A stretch of DNA of 64,000 nt from Anaeramoeba ignava BMAN (lineage: Eukaryota > Protista > Anaeramoebae), in the NCBI GenBank assembly GCA_028826165.1, contig JAPDFW010000147.1, positions 124,001-188,000 on the forward strand, read 5' to 3'. The translations under genes and the position numbers were made by a program. A model generated the notes under the pieces. The model saw only the letters and a program-made list of their open reading frames with translations, did not search any database and was not told the origin of the DNA. Shown one piece after another: positions 41,101 to 53,553 of this stretch; the first letter of the stretch is position 1, and each line of letters begins with the position of its first letter.

Positions 41101-43610
41101 TATATTAAAAAGTGGAATAAATATTTTAATAAATTTATTTAAAAATTTAAATCAAGAATATTAAATAATTTAATTTGAAATTGTTTTATTTTAAATTGAA
41201 ATAATAATAATATTATTTATTATATTAATATTTTTAATTATTTATTAATTCAATTTTAATTATAATAAAATATATTAAAAAGTGGAATAAATATTTTAAT
41301 AAAGATAAATAATTAATTTTAATAATAATTAATAATAATTTAATTTGAAATTGTTTTATTTTAAAGTGAAATAATATTATTATTTATTATATTAATATTT
41401 TTAATTATTTATTAATCCAATTTTAATTATAATAAAATATATTAAAAAGTGAAATAAATATTTTAATAAATATAAATAATTAATTTTAATAATAATTAAT
41501 AATAATTTAAATTAAAATTATTTTATTTTAAATTGAAATAATAATATTATTTATTATATTAATATTTTGGATTATTTATTAATTCAATTTTAATTATAAT
41601 AAAATATATTAAAAAGTGGAATAAATATTTTAATAAATTTATTTATAAATTTAAATCAAGAATATTAAATAATTTAATTTAAAATTGTTTTATTTTAAAT
41701 TGAAATAATAATATTATTTATTATATTAATATTTTTGATTATTTATTATTCCAATTTTAATTATAATAAAATATATCAAAAAGTGGAATAAATATTTTAA
41801 TAAAAATAAATAATTAATTTTAATAATAATTAATAATAATTTAATTTAAAATTATTTTATTTTAAAGTGAAATATTAATATTATTTATTATATTAATATT
41901 TTTAATTATTTATTAATCCAATTTTAATTATAATAAAAATATATTAAAAAGTGGAATAAATATTTTAATAAAGATAAATAACTAATTTAAATAATAATTA
42001 ATAATAATTTAATTTAAAAATGTTTTATTTTAAATTAAAATAATGATATTATTTATTATATTAATATTTTTGATTATTTATTATTTCAATTTTAATTATA
42101 ATAAAATATATCAAAAAGTGGAATAAATATTTTAATAAATTTATTTACTAATTTAAATAATAATAAATAATAATTTAAATTGAAATTGTTTTATTTTAAA
42201 TTGAAATAATAATATTATTTATTATATTAATATTTTGGATTATTTATTAATTTAATTTTAATTATAATAAAATATATCAAAAAGTGGAATAAATATTTTA
42301 ATAAAGATAAATATTTAATTTTAATAATAATAAATAATAATTTAATTTAAAATTGTTTTATTTTAAATTGAAATAATGATATTATTTATTATATTAATAT
42401 TTTTAATTACTTATTAATCCAATTTTAATTATAATAAAAATATATTAAAAAGTGGAATAAATATTTTAATAAAGATAAATAATAAATTTTAATAATAATT
42501 AATAATAATTTAATTTAAAATTATTTTATTTTAAATTGAAATAATAATATTATTTATTATATTAATATTTTTAATTATTTATTATTCCAATTTTAATTAT
42601 AATAAAAATATATTAAAAAGTGGAATAAATATTTTAATAAAAATAAATAATTAATTTAAATAATAATTAATAATAATTTAATTTAAAATTTATTTTATTT
42701 TAAAGTGAAATAATAATATTATTTATTATATTAATATTTTTAATTATTTATTAATTCAATTTTAATTATAATAAAATATATCAAAAAGTGGAATAAATAT
42801 TTTAATAAAGATAAATAATTAATTTAAATAATAATTAATAATAATTTAATTTGAAATTGTTTTATTTTAAATTGAAATAATGATATTATTTATTATATTA
42901 ATATTTTTAATTACTTATTAATCCAATTTTAATTATAATAAAATATATTAAAAAAGTGGAATAAATATTTTAATAAAGATAAATAATTAATTTTAATAAT
43001 AATTAATAATAATTTAATTTAAAAATGTTTTATTTTAAATTGAAATAATGATATTATTTATTATATTAATATTTTTAATTATTTATTATTTCAATTTTAA
43101 TTATAATAAAATATATTAAAAAGTGGAATAAATATTTTAATAAAAATAAATAATTAAATTAAATAATAATAAATAATAATTTAATTTAAAAATGTTTTAT
43201 TTGAATTGAAATATTGATATTATTTATTATATTAATATTTTGGATTATTTATTAATTCAATTTTAATTATAATAAAATATATCAAAAAGTGGAATAAATA
43301 TTTTAATAAAAATAAATATTTAATTTAAATAATAATTAATAATAATTTAATTTGAAATTAATTTTATTTTAAATTGAAATAATAATATTATTTATTATAT
43401 TAATATTTTTATTTATTTATTAATTCAATTTTAATTATAATAAAATATATTAAAAAGTGGAATAAATATTTTAATAAAAATAAATAATTAATTTAAATAA
43501 TAATTGATAATAATTTATTTTAAAATTATTTTATTTTAAATCGAAATAATAATATTATTTATTATATTAATATTTTTGATTATTTATTAGTTCAATTTTA
43601 ATTATAATTA
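38170..43610. repeat. ~167-bp satellite array, about 32 copies (5.4 kb)
   Basis: AAAAGTGGAATAAA marker at 38272, 38439, 38606, 38772, 38939 ... 43457; reverse complement of the 13630-14545 array. Confidence 0.92.
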
Positions 43611-43783
43611 ATTTTTATTTTCAATTTTCAAAATTTATTAATTAAATTTTTAATCATATTTTAAATTAAAATTAAATTGTTTAAAATTAGATTTGTTTCT
43701 TATTTATTGATTTGAAGAATTTAATTTGATTAAAAGTAAAAGAAAATAAAATTGAATTTTGAAAAAAAAATGAAAAATAGTTT

Positions 43784-46432
43784 TTAAATGAAATAAGTTT
43801 CAAGTTCATCAACAACCCATTCATCATAAGAACCAGCTAAATAACTTTTAGCTTCATTTGTTCCATAAGTAATTCCATTAGGTAGATTATAAATATTTCC
43901 AAAATTTGAATAACCAGGTTGTAATTTATCTTTTAAACGAAAATCAAAACCTATTTTAATAAATATAAATAATTAATTTTAATAATAATTAATAATAATT
44001 TAATTTAAAATTAATTTTATTTTAAATTGAAATAATAATATTATTTATTATATTAATATTTTGGATTATTTATTAATTTAATTTTAATTATAATAATAAA
44101 TATTTATTAAATATAAATTATTTACTCCCTATTTTAATAAAAATAAATAATTAATTTTAATAATAATTAATAATAATTTAATTTAAAATTATTTTTATTT
44201 TAAATTGAAATAATAATAATATTATTTATTATATTAATATTTTGAATTATTTATTAATTTAATTTTAATTATAATAATAAATATTTATTAAATATAATTT
44301 AATTTATTTTAATAAAGATAAATAATTAATTTTAATAATAATTAATAATAATTTAATTTAAAATTAATTTTATTTTTAAATTGAAATAATAATATTATTT
44401 ATTATATTAATATTTTGGATTATTTATTAATTTAATTTTTAATTATAATAATAAATATTTATTAAATATAAATTATTTACAATCTATTTTAATAAAAATA
44501 AATAATTAATTTTAATAATAATTAATAATAATTTAATTTAAAATTAATTTTATTTTAAATTAAAATAATAATATTATTTATTATATTAATATTTTGGATT
44601 ATTTATTAATTTAATTTTAATTATAATAATAAATATTTATTAAATATAAATTATTTACAACCTATTTTAATAAAGATAAATAATTAATTTTAATAATAAT
44701 TAATAATAATTTAATTTAAAATTGATTTTATTTTAAATTAAATTAATAATATTATTATTATTTTTACTTCCAAAAGTTGGACCATCTTTTAAATCATGTT
44801 CAATTGCATATTTTTCTTTTCCTTGTTGAATTGTAAACTTTTCTGGTTTTCTATCTCCTTTATCATTTCTTAATGAAAAAATAAATGCATTTTCATCTTT
44901 AATATATCCCCAATTTCCTCCATCATGCTCTTCACTCCATTTTGATGTATCATTTGTCCATCCAACTTGAGTAAATCCTCCAAAAATAAAATTATCTTTT
45001 GTTTTGATAATAACTAATGTTTTTCCTTTCCCATCAACTGCTTTATGCCAATTTTGAGAATCAAATCCATCATTTTTTGCTGAAAATCCTTTTTTCATTT
45101 TAGAAAAAAAATCATTATCATTTATCCATTCTTGTAATTTCTTAACATATTCTTTATCTTTCACAATTTCTGAATTTGAAAAAATCTTCAACAATTTATT
45201 TTGGTTTTGTTTTGATTCTTCTTTTTGATTTTCTTTTTCAAATGATAATTTAATATTTTGAATTTCTTTATCTTTTTGTTTGATAATCTTTTCTTTCTTT
45301 TCATTTTCAGATTTTAGATTTTGAATATCTTTTTCTTTCTTTTGATTTTCTTGTTTTAAATTTTGATTTTCTTTTTCTTTCTTTTGATTTTCTTGTTTTA
45401 AATTTTGATTTTCAGATTCAAATGATTTAATTTTCTTTTCTTTATTTTCATTTTCCTTGTTTTTGATTTTGATTTTCAGATTTGAGATTTTGATTTTCTG
45501 ATTCAAATGATTTGATTTTTTTATCTCTTCTTTTAATTTTCTTTTCTTTTTCTTGAATTTTCTTTTCATTTTCTTGATCTTGAATTTGAAAAATAGTTCT
45601 TTCAAAATGAATTAAAAAAGAATTTGGAAGAAAAATATCAAATTGTTTTAATTTATCAAAATCTTGTTTTGAAATTGAATCTTTATCAAATAATGAAAAA
45701 AAAGAATGAAATAATCTTTTCTTTGCATTCATTTTGTGTTCATATTTCTTTAATTTTAATGAATTAACTCTTTTTTCAATCCAATTATTTAAAAATTGAA
45801 AAAAATCAAATTGAAAAATTTCTTTTTTTTCTTGTTTAAATTGAATAAATTTGATAATTTCTTCTTTAGTTAAATTGAATAAATTTTCATTATTCTGAAT
45901 TTGGGAAAAATTTTGATTTATTAATTCAAAACATTTTATTTCAATTTCATTTGAATTTTAAATTTCGATTTTGGAATAAAAATTGGAAAAAATTTGAATA
46001 ATTAATTGAATTTAAAATTTTTTTTTGAATAATTTCTTTCAATAAATTTAATTTAAAATAAATTGAAATTTCCAATAATTGAATAAAATTTTCTTGATTC
46101 TCAAAAGAAATATTTCCATAATAAATATAACTTAAAATTGATTCCATTTCTTTTTTATTAAATTGATTTAAAGAAATAGAAAGAGATTCTTGCCTTAATG
46201 ACTCATTAAAAAAAGGAGATCTTGAAGATAAAATTGATTTATGAACTTTAATTTCAAAAGGATTTGATTTATTCTCAACAAAAATTGAAAAATCTTTAAA
46301 TGAATTTCCATTTAAAAGGTTTGAATAATCTTTAATTAAATTTTTTGTTACTTTTTTTTCTAAATTTTTCATTTCATTTTCATTTTCATTTTGATTTGCA
46401 TTTTGAATTTGGTTATTATTATTATTATCCAT
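43784..46432 (-). CDS. BTB/POZ - coiled-coil - TLDc protein, inverted paralogue of the gene at 8476; exons 46432-44768 (apparent +1 shifts at ~45958 and ~45457) and 43950-43784
   Basis: Near-identical BTB N-terminus and TLDc; same intron position; each shift is one extra A relative to the paralogue. Confidence 0.8.
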
Positions 46433-47413
46433 TTTGTTTTTTGTGTTTTTTTGTTTTTGTTTTTGTTTTTTGTTTTGTTGTTTTTTGTTGTTTTTAAAAA
46501 AAAAAGGAAAAAAATGAAAAAAAATAAATAAAAAAGTGGATTTTGAAAATAAATAAAAATATAAAAATAAGAATAAATTTAAATTAATAATTAATTTAAT
46601 TTTCTTTTTAATTTATTATTTTAAATTAATTTATTAATAAATTATTATTATTTTTTATTAATTTTTTTGTTAAAAAAAAGGAAAATTATTTTAATTTAAT
46701 TTTTAATTTAATTTTTTTTTTTGGAATTTAAAAATTATTAATAAATTTAAATTTAAAAACAAATTTCCAAATTAATATTAATTCAATTTAATTCAAAAAG
46801 ATAAAATTTAATTTCAAAAAAATCAATTTTCAAAATATTTTTAAATAATAAAAATTTATTTTTAAAACAATAAAATATTTTTTTAATAATAAAATTAAAT
46901 AATAAATTATATTTTTAAATTAATTTATAAATTAAATATTAAATTAAATCTATTCTTATTTTTATATTTATATTTTAAATATTTAAACAATAAAATATTT
47001 AAAATCTAAAACATTAAATTAATATTTTAAACATAGAATTAAATATTAAATTATATTTTAAATTAATTTATAAATTAAATATTAAATTAAATCAATTTCT
47101 CATTTTTAAATAATAAAATATTTAAATCTAAAACATTAAATTATTATTTTTAAACATAAAATTAAATATTAAATTATATTTTTAAATTAATTTATAAATT
47201 AAATATTAAATTAAATCTATTCCCATTTTTTATATTTATATGTTAAATAATTAAATAATAAAATATTTAAATCTAAAACATTAAATTATTATTTTAATAA
47301 TAAAATTAAATACTAAATTATAATTTAAATATTAAGTTAAATTTAAATTAACTTTTAAAAAATTTTTGATTGTTGTAATTTTTTATTTTTCATTTTTTTT
47401 TTTATTTTATAAA

Positions 47414-47740
47414 ATGGAAGAAAAACAAGAAGAACAAAAAGAAAATGAATTAAATGAAACAGAAACACCAACAACGAATCCATTTAAAAAAGCATTCACG
47501 AACACAATACCATTTTTCGGAAAAGAATTTCCAGCTTGGAGTTTTATGATTGCATTATTAATTTTAACAAGTCTTTTTGGATTAAAAGGATTAATAATAT
47601 TTTTGGTTTTTTATTTTATTGGAAAATGTTTTGGAAGACCTCCTCATTTCCCTCCTCCTCCTTCAGATTCAAATAATAAAACTTCGTGTAGTCGAATCCG
47701 TACTCTTGATGATTATCCTCATTATGGCGGATGACGATAA
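47414..47740 (+). CDS. Candidate selenoprotein: 108-aa membrane protein ending ...RIRTLDDYPHYGG-U-R* (SelK/SelS-like architecture)
   Basis: ATG at 47414; hydrophobic segment WSFMIALLILTSLFGLKGLIIFLVFYFIG; Pro-rich linker; GGC GGA TGA CGA TAA at 47726-47740; SECIS 70 nt downstream. Confidence 0.85.
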
Positions 47741-47810
47741 ATTTTTTCTTATTTTTTCTTTTGATTTTTTTTTCTTTATTTTTTTTCTTTTTGGATCTTT
47801 TCTTTTTCTT

Positions 47811-47879
47811 TCTTTCAAATCTGTGATATTTGTTTTGTAAACTTTGAAAAAAGCCAAAACAAGTTGATTTTTTGGAAGA
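47811..47879 (+). promoter_or_regulatory. Eukaryotic type II SECIS element
   Basis: Helix I TCTTTCAAA/TTTGGAAGA; core GTGAT (47823-47827)/TGAT (47865-47868); helix II ATTTGTTTTG/CAAAACAAGT; unpaired AAA 47839-47841; apical mini-stem CTTT-GAAA-AAAG. Confidence 0.88.
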
Positions 47880-47959
47880 GATGAAATTGAATAAAAATGA
47901 TTTTAAAACAAATTTTCTTTTTATTTTATTTTGTATTTTAATTTATTTTTAATCACTCG

Positions 47960-48384
47960 AATATTGAATATTAAATTGAATATTAAATTGAATATTAAAT
48001 TGAATTGAATATTAAATTGAATTGAATATTGAATTGAATTGAATATTGAATTGAATATTGAATTGAATATTGAATTGAATATTGAATTGAATTGAATATT
48101 AAATTGAATTGAATATTGAATTGAATTGAATTGAATATTGAATATTGAATTGAATATTGGATTGAATATTGAATATTAAATTGAATTGAATATTCAATAT
48201 TAAATTGAATTGAATATTCAATATTAAATTGAATTGAATATTGAATTGAATATTGAATTGAATATTAAATTGAATTGAATATTGAATTGAATATTAAATT
48301 GAATTGAATATTGAATTGAATATTAAATTAAATTGAATATTAAAAATTGAATATTGAATATTAAATTGAATTGAATTGAATTGA
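47960..48384. repeat. (AATTG/AATATTG)n low-complexity repeat
   Basis: Visible 5-7 nt periodicity. Confidence 0.8.
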
Positions 48385-50568
48385 TTAATTTGTTTCTGAA
48401 TCATCTGAATCGCTTATATAACTTGAAACACTCGAATCACTTGAAACAAATGGATCATCTGAATCACTTGAATCACTTGAATCACTTGAATCATTTCTAT
48501 TTAAATTGTTTTAAATTGATTTAAATTGTTTTAGTTTAATATTTAAAAAAAAATATCTTTACTCTTTTTTCTCCAAATTCGAATCCTCTAATCCTTTTGA
48601 ATCTTTTATAAAATCTTCCAAAATGGAATCCAAAAAAGAATTTTGGTTTAATTGAAAATAATCTTTCAAATCTTCAAATTCGTGAATACTTTGATTTGGA
48701 ATTTTAGATTCATCAAGTTGATCATGATATAAAAAATAAACTAAATGATCTAATGTTTCAAAAGACTTTTTGGAATAATCATGAACCTGATTGGATTTAT
48801 CTTCAACATTCAAAACAAACATTCCTTTGAATAAATCACTTCTTGCAATTAAAATCAATTTATGAACTTTGATTTTCTTCTCGTTATCGCAAATAATTGT
48901 GAAATCTTTTGTTTCTTCTTGTTGATATAATTGAGATAAATCTTTCACAATTCCTTTTCTTCTTCGTTTTGATTTTATCCAAGCTGAATCGAATCCAATT
49001 TGTTGGAAAAAATGTTGGATTGTTTGGACTTTTTCTTCATACTCTTTTTGTTCTATTCGGATTTCTTCGATTCTTTTTTGTTTAAATGATTGCTCTTTTT
49101 CATGAAATTTAGAAAAATCGTTCTTTTCGTTCAAAGAAGAAAATTGACTGCTCCATTCCTTCGTTTTGTTGAGATACGAAGTCAAATTTTCCAGTCTTTG
49201 AGTAAATTTGTCGAAATCAGGAAATCCGGTGTAAAGAAAATTAACAGCGAGTTGAACAGTTTCATTTGGCGTTTTTTTGCAAATATTGATGAACTTCTGG
49301 AAAATGGAAGGGTTGTTGTTAAATTTCAATATCAAAAATGATTTATGAACACGAATTTTGGAAGAATCATCGCACTCAATTTCAAAATCAGCAAAATTAT
49401 CACTTGATTTGAAAAATTTGTTGAAATCATCATTGATTGAGAAAAGTTTGGTTACAAAATCGCACATTTCCTGATCCACATATTCTGAGAAACCAAAAAT
49501 ACTTGCTTCGTTCATGAGAAGGAATTTAACAACATTTTCATGATATTTATAAAGAGAATTAGTAAGTGAATGGCTTGTAAAAAAATCTTCATTATTAACT
49601 TCAGCTCCATTTTCAACCATATATTTAATAACCTTAAAAGATTCTGTTTTTTGATATTGGCAAAGCAAGTCCAAAGGGTATTGACCCCATCTATCAAGAA
49701 TATTCATATCAGCTCCATTTTCAACCATTGCCTTTATTACTTCAAATGCATATTTCTTGTTGTGATATTCACATCCTAAATGCAAAGGTGTATATCCTGA
49801 TAAATTTTTGGGATTCATATCAGCTCCATTTTTTGCAAACAATTTGATGAGTTCTGCCGAGTTCTCATCTTGAAAATTGCAAAAATTATGCAAAGGTGTT
49901 TCGTTTTCGAGGTTTTTATCATTAACATCTGCTCCTTTTTCAATCATGAATTCGAGAAGTTTATAGATGTTTCTTCCTTCACCATGACAAGCGTAACGAA
50001 ACGGTGTGACAAATTTATTGTTTTTGTAATTGACATCGGCACCCTTTTCAACTAGAAGTTTGGTTAGTTCAAGTATTTTTTGTTTTTGCCAATTGCAAAC
50101 TAAATGCAAAGCAAGATCGCCTTCATTATTTGGAATTTTTGGATCAGCCCCTTTTTTAAGAAGTAGCTCAATAACTGGAATTGCGTTTTGCTTTTGATAG
50201 TGACAAGCAAAATGTAAAGGTGTTTGTCCTTTGTTGTTTGTGGTGTTGATGAGTGCTCCTTTTTTAATGAGAAGTTTGAGAATTTTTACTGTTTTTCCAT
50301 GTTTTTGATATTGACAAACAATATGTAAAGCTGTTTGTTGATATTTTGTTTTGGCATTAACATCTATTCCTTTTTTAACCAAGAGCTTAATAATTTTGAT
50401 TGAGGATTGACTTTTTTGATATTGACAAACAATATGTAAAAGAGTTTGTTTATTTTTGTTGGTTGCATTGATATCTTTATATTCGCTAATTAATTGAATA
50501 ATTTTTTGAAAATTACTTGAATATCTACAAATACTATGAAGATCTTTTTCATTTTCATTTTGATTCAT
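48385..50568 (-). CDS. Ankyrin-repeat + BTB/POZ domain protein; exons 50568-48563 and 48496-48385
   Basis: About 9 ankyrin repeats (TPLHFAC..LLKKGAD); two BTB-like segments (DFEIEC..IRVHK, DFTIIC..IKVHKLILIARSDLFKGMF); phase-2 intron adds a Ser/Asp tail. Confidence 0.85.
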
Positions 50569-50698
50569 TTTTTTTCTTTTTTTTTTAATTTTGATTGAAG
50601 AAATTTGAAAGAAAAAGCAAAAAAAAAATGATTTAAAAAATTTTTCAAAAACAGTAAAATCATTTTCTTTTTATTTTATTTTGTATTTTAATTTATTT

Positions 50699-53383
50699 TT
50701 AATCACTTGAATCACTTGAATCACTACTAGTTGCATCAATTTTATCAAGTTCATCAATTTCATCCATTAAACTATTTAAATCTTCATCTCCACTTTTTTC
50801 ACTTTTTGAATCATTTTTAATTTTTAAATCATTTTTAATTTTTGAATCATTTTTAATTTTTGAATCATTTTTAATTTTTGAATCATTTTTAATATTTAGG
50901 AGATGTAAAAGATTTGGAGTTTTAGAGTTATTTTCAATATTTTCAATATTTTCATCATTTTCAATATTTTCATCATTTTCAATATTTTCATCATTTTCAA
51001 TATTTTCATCATTTTGAATATTTTCATCATTTTGAATTTTGGAATCATCTCGATAATTGAAAATATCTGGAAAATTTGAAATATCTGGAATATTTTGAAT
51101 ACTGTCATAATTTGATAATGAAAAATCTTCTTCTTCTTCTTTTTGTTTTTGTTGGAAAATTTCAATTAAATTTCTTTTTGATTCTTTTTCGGTGGTTTTT
51201 GTTGATTGATCAAAAGATTCAGAAACCTTAGGTTTTAATCTTTTAATATCAGTTTGAATATCATTTGATTGTTTCCTTTTTGTACGTGATTTATTATTTT
51301 CTAAATTCAAATTTTCAGTTAGATTTTCTATTGAAAAAGGAAATTGATTTTCTTCGTTAAAGAATGGAAATTGTTTTTTTTCAGGTGATTTTTTTGGTTC
51401 TCGAATTATATTAGGCATAAACTTTTGTAAATTTAATTTTGTTTTGGATATTTGATCTTTTATAATATTTTTTTCTTTTAATTCATTTTCATCTATATTT
51501 TGATTTTGATCTTGATTTTGGTTTAAATTTTGATCTTCATCTAAATCGTCTTCATTTAAATCATCATCTGATTCTTCTAAATTTTTTAAATCATCTTCAT
51601 TTAAAACATCATCTTGAAAAAAATCATCATCTTCATCTAAAACATCATCTTGAAAAAAATCATCTTCTTCCTCTAATTCATCATCTCCATCTTCACCATC
51701 TAAATCATTTTGATTTAAAGTTTCATTCTGAAAATTATCATTTTTTAAATTAAAATAATCTTCTTGATTATTCAAATCATTTTGAAGATAAAAATTTGAA
51801 TTAAATTTTGAATCATCTTCATCTTCATCTTCATCTTCATCTTCAATTTCATTTTCATTTTCAATTTCATTTTCATTTTCATTTTCATTTTCATTTTCAT
51901 TTTCATTTTCATTTTCATTTTCATTTTCATTTTCATTTTCATTTTCATTTTCATTTTCATTTTCATTTTCATTTTCATTTTCAATTTCATTTTCAATTTC
52001 ATCTTCAGTTTGATCTTCATCTAAATCTTCACTTAAATCAGAAAGAGAAAAAGATTTTTTATGTAAAATATCCCTTTTTTGATAATCCTAGTTTATATAA
52101 TATTGATTAGTATAATATAGTGAATAAAAAAATAAGGTGAATATTTTACTTGTTGTTTACGATTATTTATTGAATGATTTTGAAAAATATAATCCAAAAT
52201 TTCAGAAGCATTTTCAATATCATCCAAATCATTAATATAATATCGAGGATCAAAATCAGATGAAGAATCCAGAAGATCTGGATCGAAAAGCTCACTTGAA
52301 CTATCTGAATTATCTACATTTTCTATATTTTGTAAATTTTCTATATTTTCTATATTTTCTATATTTTGTAAATTATCTACATTTTCTATATTTTCTATAT
52401 TTTGTAAATTTTCTATATTTTCTATATTTTGTAAATTTTCTATATTTTCTATATTTTGTAAATTTTCTATATTTTGTAAATTTTCTATATTTTGTAAATT
52501 TTCTATATTTTGTAAATTTTCTATATTTTGTACATTTTCTATATTTTGTAAATTTTCTATATTTTCTGTATTCTTTTTTCGATATTTTAGATGTTTTCTA
52601 TTCTTTCTGAGTTCGTAATCTTGGAAGATTTGGATAGGAAATTAAATCATTAAAATCACTTGTTTCTAAATTATATTCAGATGAATTTTCAGATGAATTT
52701 TCAGATAAATTTTCAGATTCTTGATATTCAGATTCTTCATTTTCAGATTCTTCATTGTCATTTAAAAGTGAATCAATTTTAAAAGGAAATAACTGAATTA
52801 GACGAACAAGTCTTGGGTGATTTAATATAACTTTTTCAACTTCATTTTCATGAACTTTAAACGTTTGAGGCAAATAAGTAAGAGTATTTACATATTTTTC
52901 AGATGTATAAATGATAACTTCTTCAATTAATTTTTTCAACCAAGAACGAACCAAATTATTAAAAGATTTCAAAAATTGATAGCTAAAATTTTGGTTTGAA
53001 TTTGATTGATTATCGATAATTCTTTGCATATTATCCATATAAAAAATTTGATCCAATTCTTCAATCAAAAGTTCTTTTTTATGAATTTTACGTTTTTCAT
53101 TTAAAAGTAATTCATTTTCATTATTTTGTGATATCAATGTTGTTTGTTCAATTTCCTCTTCTAATTCTATATTTGATGTTTTGGGTAATCTTTTTTGACT
53201 CCTTTTTAATAGTTGAAATTTTTTAGTTGCTTTTTTAGTTTTAAAATAAATATTTGCAACTTGAAGTGGATTAACAGAACCAACTTTTTTAGCAATAAGT
53301 TGAAATGATTCAAAATTAGGTTTATAAGCAAGATAAAGATAACGGAAAATTTTATTTTTTAAAGTCAAATTAACTTTTTTCAT
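50699..53383 (-). CDS. Acidic low-complexity protein with SANT/Myb-like and histone-fold-like N-terminal regions; apparent frameshift ~52610, intron 52149-52088
   Basis: ORFs 53383-52598 and 51775-50699 are linked by an open frame (ENIENLQN repeats, DEDE tracts) and a GT-AG intron. Confidence 0.55.
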
Positions 53384-53553
53384 TTAGAAAAGAAAAGAAA
53401 AGAAAAAAATGAAATTTAAAAAGGAGAAAAAAAAAATTTAAAAAAAAAAACAAAAGGAGAAAAAGAAAAACAAAAACAAAATTTAATTTTTTTTTCATTT
53501 TTTCATTTTTTCATTTTTTCATTTTTTCATAAATAAATTTCTGTTTTAATTAA

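Noticed and set aside
38170-43610. Regularly spaced GTGGAATAAA motif resembling a CRISPR array
   Set aside because: The sequence between motifs is also repeated (no unique spacers); eukaryotic context and no cas genes
43784-46432. Calling the second BTB-TLDc copy a pseudogene
   Set aside because: Both shifts are single extra A's like those in essential genes in this window; more likely consensus errors
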